A DNA stretch of 64,000 nucleotides, taken from Candidatus Aenigmatarchaeota archaeon (lineage in GTDB: Archaea; Aenigmatarchaeota; Aenigmatarchaeia; CG10238-14; SCSR01). Location: assembly GCA_030615205.1 (NCBI GenBank), contig JAUWZS010000001.1:10019-74018 (forward strand), in the 5' to 3' direction. Shown here piece by piece: positions 61,030-64,000 of the stretch. The first letter of the stretch is position 1; every line of letters starts with the position of its first letter. The notes below the pieces were generated by a model, which was not told where the DNA came from, did not search any database, and was given only the letters and a program-made list of their open reading frames with translations. A program made the position numbers and the translations under genes.

Positions 61030-61839
61030 TTACTCTCCATAGGCCAGCAATATCTTATTTATTAGCCCATGTAGTTTTTTCCAGTTTCCAACTCTCTCAG
61101 ATGCGACACTAACAAGATACTTGTAAGCCTCATCTAACCATTTTCGTGCTTTTGAATTTAAAATTACTCTCAAGTACAGGTGATGCTGGCTAATCATATC
61201 ATTACTAAACCTTCGATATACTCCACTAGCTAATTTTTGCTTTTTAATGTGCCAGGCTAGTGGTGCCCTTCTTTCAACCCTTAATACAAGCGAGTTCAGC
61301 TCTTTTAAATTCAAAGATTTTCTCTTGCGTGTTCCTTTAAGGAGCATTAAACTTTTCATGTCTCTTATGCAGCTTACCATATGCGTATCAAAAAACCCTT
61401 TCACAAAAATAGGATTGAATAAGAAGAGTTTTGAATCAATAATAGTATCGTTTAAGACCATCTCTGTAGAATGTGCTCTGCCCTCTGGAGATCCATTCAA
61501 CAAATAATCCTCTCCCAATACATCATATCTGAACCAGTCACCAATTGAATCGGCTTTTAACGTCGGGTGCAGAAGTTCGTGTCCAGTGAGATATGTGAGC
61601 CTATTTATTAATGTTTCTTTCTTACATCTTGGATCGAAGAATAAGGGAGGCTCCAAACATATTTTAACACCTCTGAATTTCTCTGCAGATGATGTTTCAT
61701 AGGCCCACATAGGCAAGTATTCAACCTGTATATTATTTTGGTTGCAGAGAGCTGCAACATTATTTACAATTTCCTTTAAATCTACACCTACTTCTTTTGC
61801 CCAATTTCTGACTAGACTATCTATTAATACTTTATTCAT
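61030..61839 (-). CDS. HExxH metallopeptidase-like protein
   Basis: LTGHELLH; ATG at 61839 overlaps the upstream HTH stop (ATGA). Confidence 0.65.
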   Translation of the reverse strand: MNKVLIDSLVRNWAKEVGVDLKEIVNNVAALCNQNNIQVEYLPMWAYETSSAEKFRGVKICLEPPLFFDPRCKKETLINRLTYLTGHELLHPTLKADSIGDWFRYDVLGEDYLLNGSPEGRAHSTEMVLNDTIIDSKLFLFNPIFVKGFFDTHMVSCIRDMKSLMLLKGTRKRKSLNLKELNSLVLRVERRAPLAWHIKKQKLASGVYRRFSNDMISQHHLYLRVILNSKARKWLDEAYKYLVSVASERVGNWKKLHGLINKILLAYGE

Positions 61840-62153
61840 TTGGCTTCCCTCTTTCTCTGCTCTAATGTGAAAAGTCTTACCTTCTGCATGTGGTTGAATA
61901 TCACATTTAACCAATCGTAAACTTTTCTATTTAATAGAAAAAGCTTGAATTTGCCTCGTTCTTCCGAATGAAGCAGTCCTAGTCTTTCAAAGTCGTTTAG
62001 TGCTCTATTAAGCGATGCCTGGGGTATTCCAAGTGTGCTATTAATCTCCACGGCCGAAAATCTCTTGTCTGGATGATTTCTGAAGAATTCCAGAACTTTT
62101 TGTTTAGTTCCTGTCCCAAAGAATTGGTCATATTCGTATGTTTTATATTTCAT
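61836..62153 (-). CDS. wHTH transcriptional regulator
   Basis: KVLEFF...EI...LGIPQASLNRALNDFERLGLL...RGK. Confidence 0.85.
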   Translation of the reverse strand: MKYKTYEYDQFFGTGTKQKVLEFFRNHPDKRFSAVEINSTLGIPQASLNRALNDFERLGLLHSEERGKFKLFLLNRKVYDWLNVIFNHMQKVRLFTLEQRKREAK

Positions 62154-62273
62154 TTAATTCACCAATCACCATCTTTGAATTCCTAATTCTAATTTCAAAT
62201 TCGGAAACATTTAAATAGATAGGGTTGTAAGTTAATATTGAAAACCAACTTTGGAATTAAAAAAGGATAAAGA

Positions 62274-62357
62274 GCCAGTGTGGCCGAACCAGGTAAGGCA
62301 ACCAGTTGCAGGCTGGTATCCTTCGCGGATATGTGGGTTCAAATCCCATCGCTGGCG
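62274..62357 (+). tRNA. Atypical tRNA: serine-type body, GCA (Cys) anticodon
   Basis: GCCAGTG/CGCTGGC-G73; stem ACCAG/CTGGT, loop TT-GCA-GG; variable arm ATCC-TTCGC-GGAT; T arm GTGGG-TTCAAAT-CCCAT. Confidence 0.85.
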
Positions 62358-62471
62358 TAAAAGGTCCAATAATCTATATAAGGAGGTTAAAATTAATAAG
62401 CTTGTCTTTCAGACCAAGTAACCATAACATTTATATATATGTAATTACTTATATTATTAGTAATTACATAG

Positions 62472-62996
62472 GTGAATAAGATGATTGAAAGATGTATATT
62501 AGACATAGAAACGGAGAACCTTGATCCGAAGCAGGGGCAAATAGTCTGCATTGGAATAAAAGATTGTGGAAGTGGCAAGAGTACAGTCTTCTATGATGAA
62601 AACGAAGAACAGATGCTGAGAGACTTTCTCAGCTACTTCCACAGAAAGGGGTTCAAGGAAATAATCGGATATAATGTTCTTTTTGACATCAGGTTCATAT
62701 TCGGTAGGTGTCTCAAGTATGGGTTGGTATCGAACGGGTTTTTTACTGCTAGGCACACAGACTTGATGCACATAATGAAATCGGTTAAGCCTGTTTGGAG
62801 CATGAACAGGCCTGGCACGCTCGACGAGTGGACCGAGTTCCTATTCGGTTCTGGCAAGATACGACTGCCTGATAATATTAAGAACTTGTTTGAGCAGGGG
62901 AAAATCAGCCAGATAATACAGTACAACAAGAGAGATGTGGAAATAACCTATCGCCTATGGAAAAGAGTGAACAAGGTGTTGGACAATGGAAACTGA
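62472..62996 (+). CDS. DnaQ/RNase-H-like 3'-5' exonuclease (DEDDy)
   Basis: ExoI LDIET, ExoII GYNVLFD, ExoIII YNKRD. Confidence 0.88.
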   Translation: MNKMIERCILDIETENLDPKQGQIVCIGIKDCGSGKSTVFYDENEEQMLRDFLSYFHRKGFKEIIGYNVLFDIRFIFGRCLKYGLVSNGFFTARHTDLMHIMKSVKPVWSMNRPGTLDEWTEFLFGSGKIRLPDNIKNLFEQGKISQIIQYNKRDVEITYRLWKRVNKVLDNGN

Positions 62997-64000
62997 ATGT
63001 AATTCCTGCAAGGGCAAAAACGTAATCAGATACGGGTTTAGAAACAACAAGAAAGGGAAGACCCAGGTTTACATGTGCAAATCGTGCAAGAGGATATTCT
63101 CACAAAATACCACTTTCAGCAAAATGAAACATAGGGAGACAGTCATCACGACTGCTATAGATCTTTATTTCAAGAATGTTTCGTTGAGAAAAATACAAGA
63201 CCATCTACAACAGGTTCACGAAGCAAAAGTAAGCCACGTGACAATTTTGAACTGGGTAAGGAAGTACTCCGAGATAGTTGAAGAGTTTACTGAAAAACTA
63301 AAAGTTGATGGCTCAGATACGATACTAGCAGATGAGATGATGGTTAATGTTAAGGGAAGATGGGTTTGGTTTTGGAGTGTTATGGATAAGAGGACTAAGT
63401 TTATCACATCTACTTGTTTATCAAGAACGAGAACCCTTTCCCACGCTGTTAAACTTTTCAAAGATGCAAAAATAAGAACTAAACATATACCAAAAATCGT
63501 TGTCACTGATGGTATGAATGCTTACATGAAAGCTGTTAGGAAAAATTTCTGGCGATACCCGACCAAGCATATGAGGCTCGTGAAGTTCTGGGATAAAGTT
63601 AACAACAATCCAATTGAAAGATATCATGGTACAGTTCGAGAGCGGACTAAAGTTATGAGAGGCTTCAAGCAAATGAACTCTGCGAACGTAATTATGAGTG
63701 GTTTCATAAACTATTACAACTTTGTCCGCCCGCATATGTCGTTGAACGGCCTTACGCCTGCCCAAGCGTCTGGAATAAATCTCGGATTGAATGGTGGGAA
63801 CAGGTGGAATGAACTCATAAAGTTAGCTGTGGATTATAAAAATGGTGCTTACGAAATACCAAAAGAACACGCAACAGTCACTCACAAACTTAGCACCACG
63901 CCAAGACCTTTCATTGTCAGGATATTTGACAAGGATGGTAAGGAGTTAGACCCGAAAGATTTAGGTTACAAGAAACGTTTCGAAAGTAGGGAAAAGGCTG
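62986..64000 (+). CDS. IS6-family-like DDE transposase with N-terminal Zn ribbon (runs off the window)
   Basis: Not in the ORF track; manual translation METECNSC...CKSC, SLRKI...VSHVTILNWV, ADEM, VTDG..AY, NNNPIERYHG, YYNFVRPH. Confidence 0.9.
   Translation, partial: METECNSCKGKNVIRYGFRNNKKGKTQVYMCKSCKRIFSQNTTFSKMKHRETVITTAIDLYFKNVSLRKIQDHLQQVHEAKVSHVTILNWVRKYSEIVEEFTEKLKVDGSDTILADEMMVNVKGRWVWFWSVMDKRTKFITSTCLSRTRTLSHAVKLFKDAKIRTKHIPKIVVTDGMNAYMKAVRKNFWRYPTKHMRLVKFWDKVNNNPIERYHGTVRERTKVMRGFKQMNSANVIMSGFINYYNFVRPHMSLNGLTPAQASGINLGLNGGNRWNELIKLAVDYKNGAYEIPKEHATVTHKLSTTPRPFIVRIFDKDGKELDPKDLGYKKRFESREKA

Larger units (their letters stand above)
56423..64000. mobile_element. Accessory/defence island (right end beyond the window)
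   Basis: Housekeeping genes stop after topA; ORFans, palindromic sites, R-M, HTH genes, atypical tRNA, DDE transposase. Confidence 0.65.

Noticed and set aside
62274..62357. tRNA-Sec or 8/4 or 9/3 allo-tRNA
   Set aside because: The fold is standard 7/5 with a short D stem and the anticodon is GCA, not UCA

Overview
Archaeal chromosomal segment, most likely from a DPANN-type lineage (Aenigmarchaeota-like; inferred from gene content and divergent rRNA, not from a search). It is mostly housekeeping: pyrG, ychF, ABCE1, TFB, histone, aIF5A and deoxyhypusine synthase, ArgRS, glmS-glmM-glmU, rpoK/rpoN-uS9-uL13-eL18, a split Hef, and both type IA and eukaryote-like type IB topoisomerases. It also holds a 16S, tRNA-Ala and 23S set broken up by protein genes, five further tRNA genes, and an accessory island from about 56.4 kb to the end (palindrome-bounded cassette, BglII-like R-M system, HTH plus HExxH peptidase, odd tRNA, DnaQ-like exonuclease, IS6-like transposase). 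Main observation: all three short bulge-helix-bulge-type rRNA introns (two in 16S, one in 23S) and the tRNA-Met intron carry box C/D kink-turn architecture with guides complementary to their own host RNA. The +5 rule places these guides on 23S G2251, 16S A1408, C1535 and G1051 (the last with a mismatch), and tRNA-Met C34, suggesting introns that act as self-guiding modification RNAs. Other highlights are a heavily substituted peptidyl transferase centre and a serine-type tRNA body carrying a Cys (GCA) anticodon. All alignments and folds were done by eye; E. coli numbering is by manual alignment.
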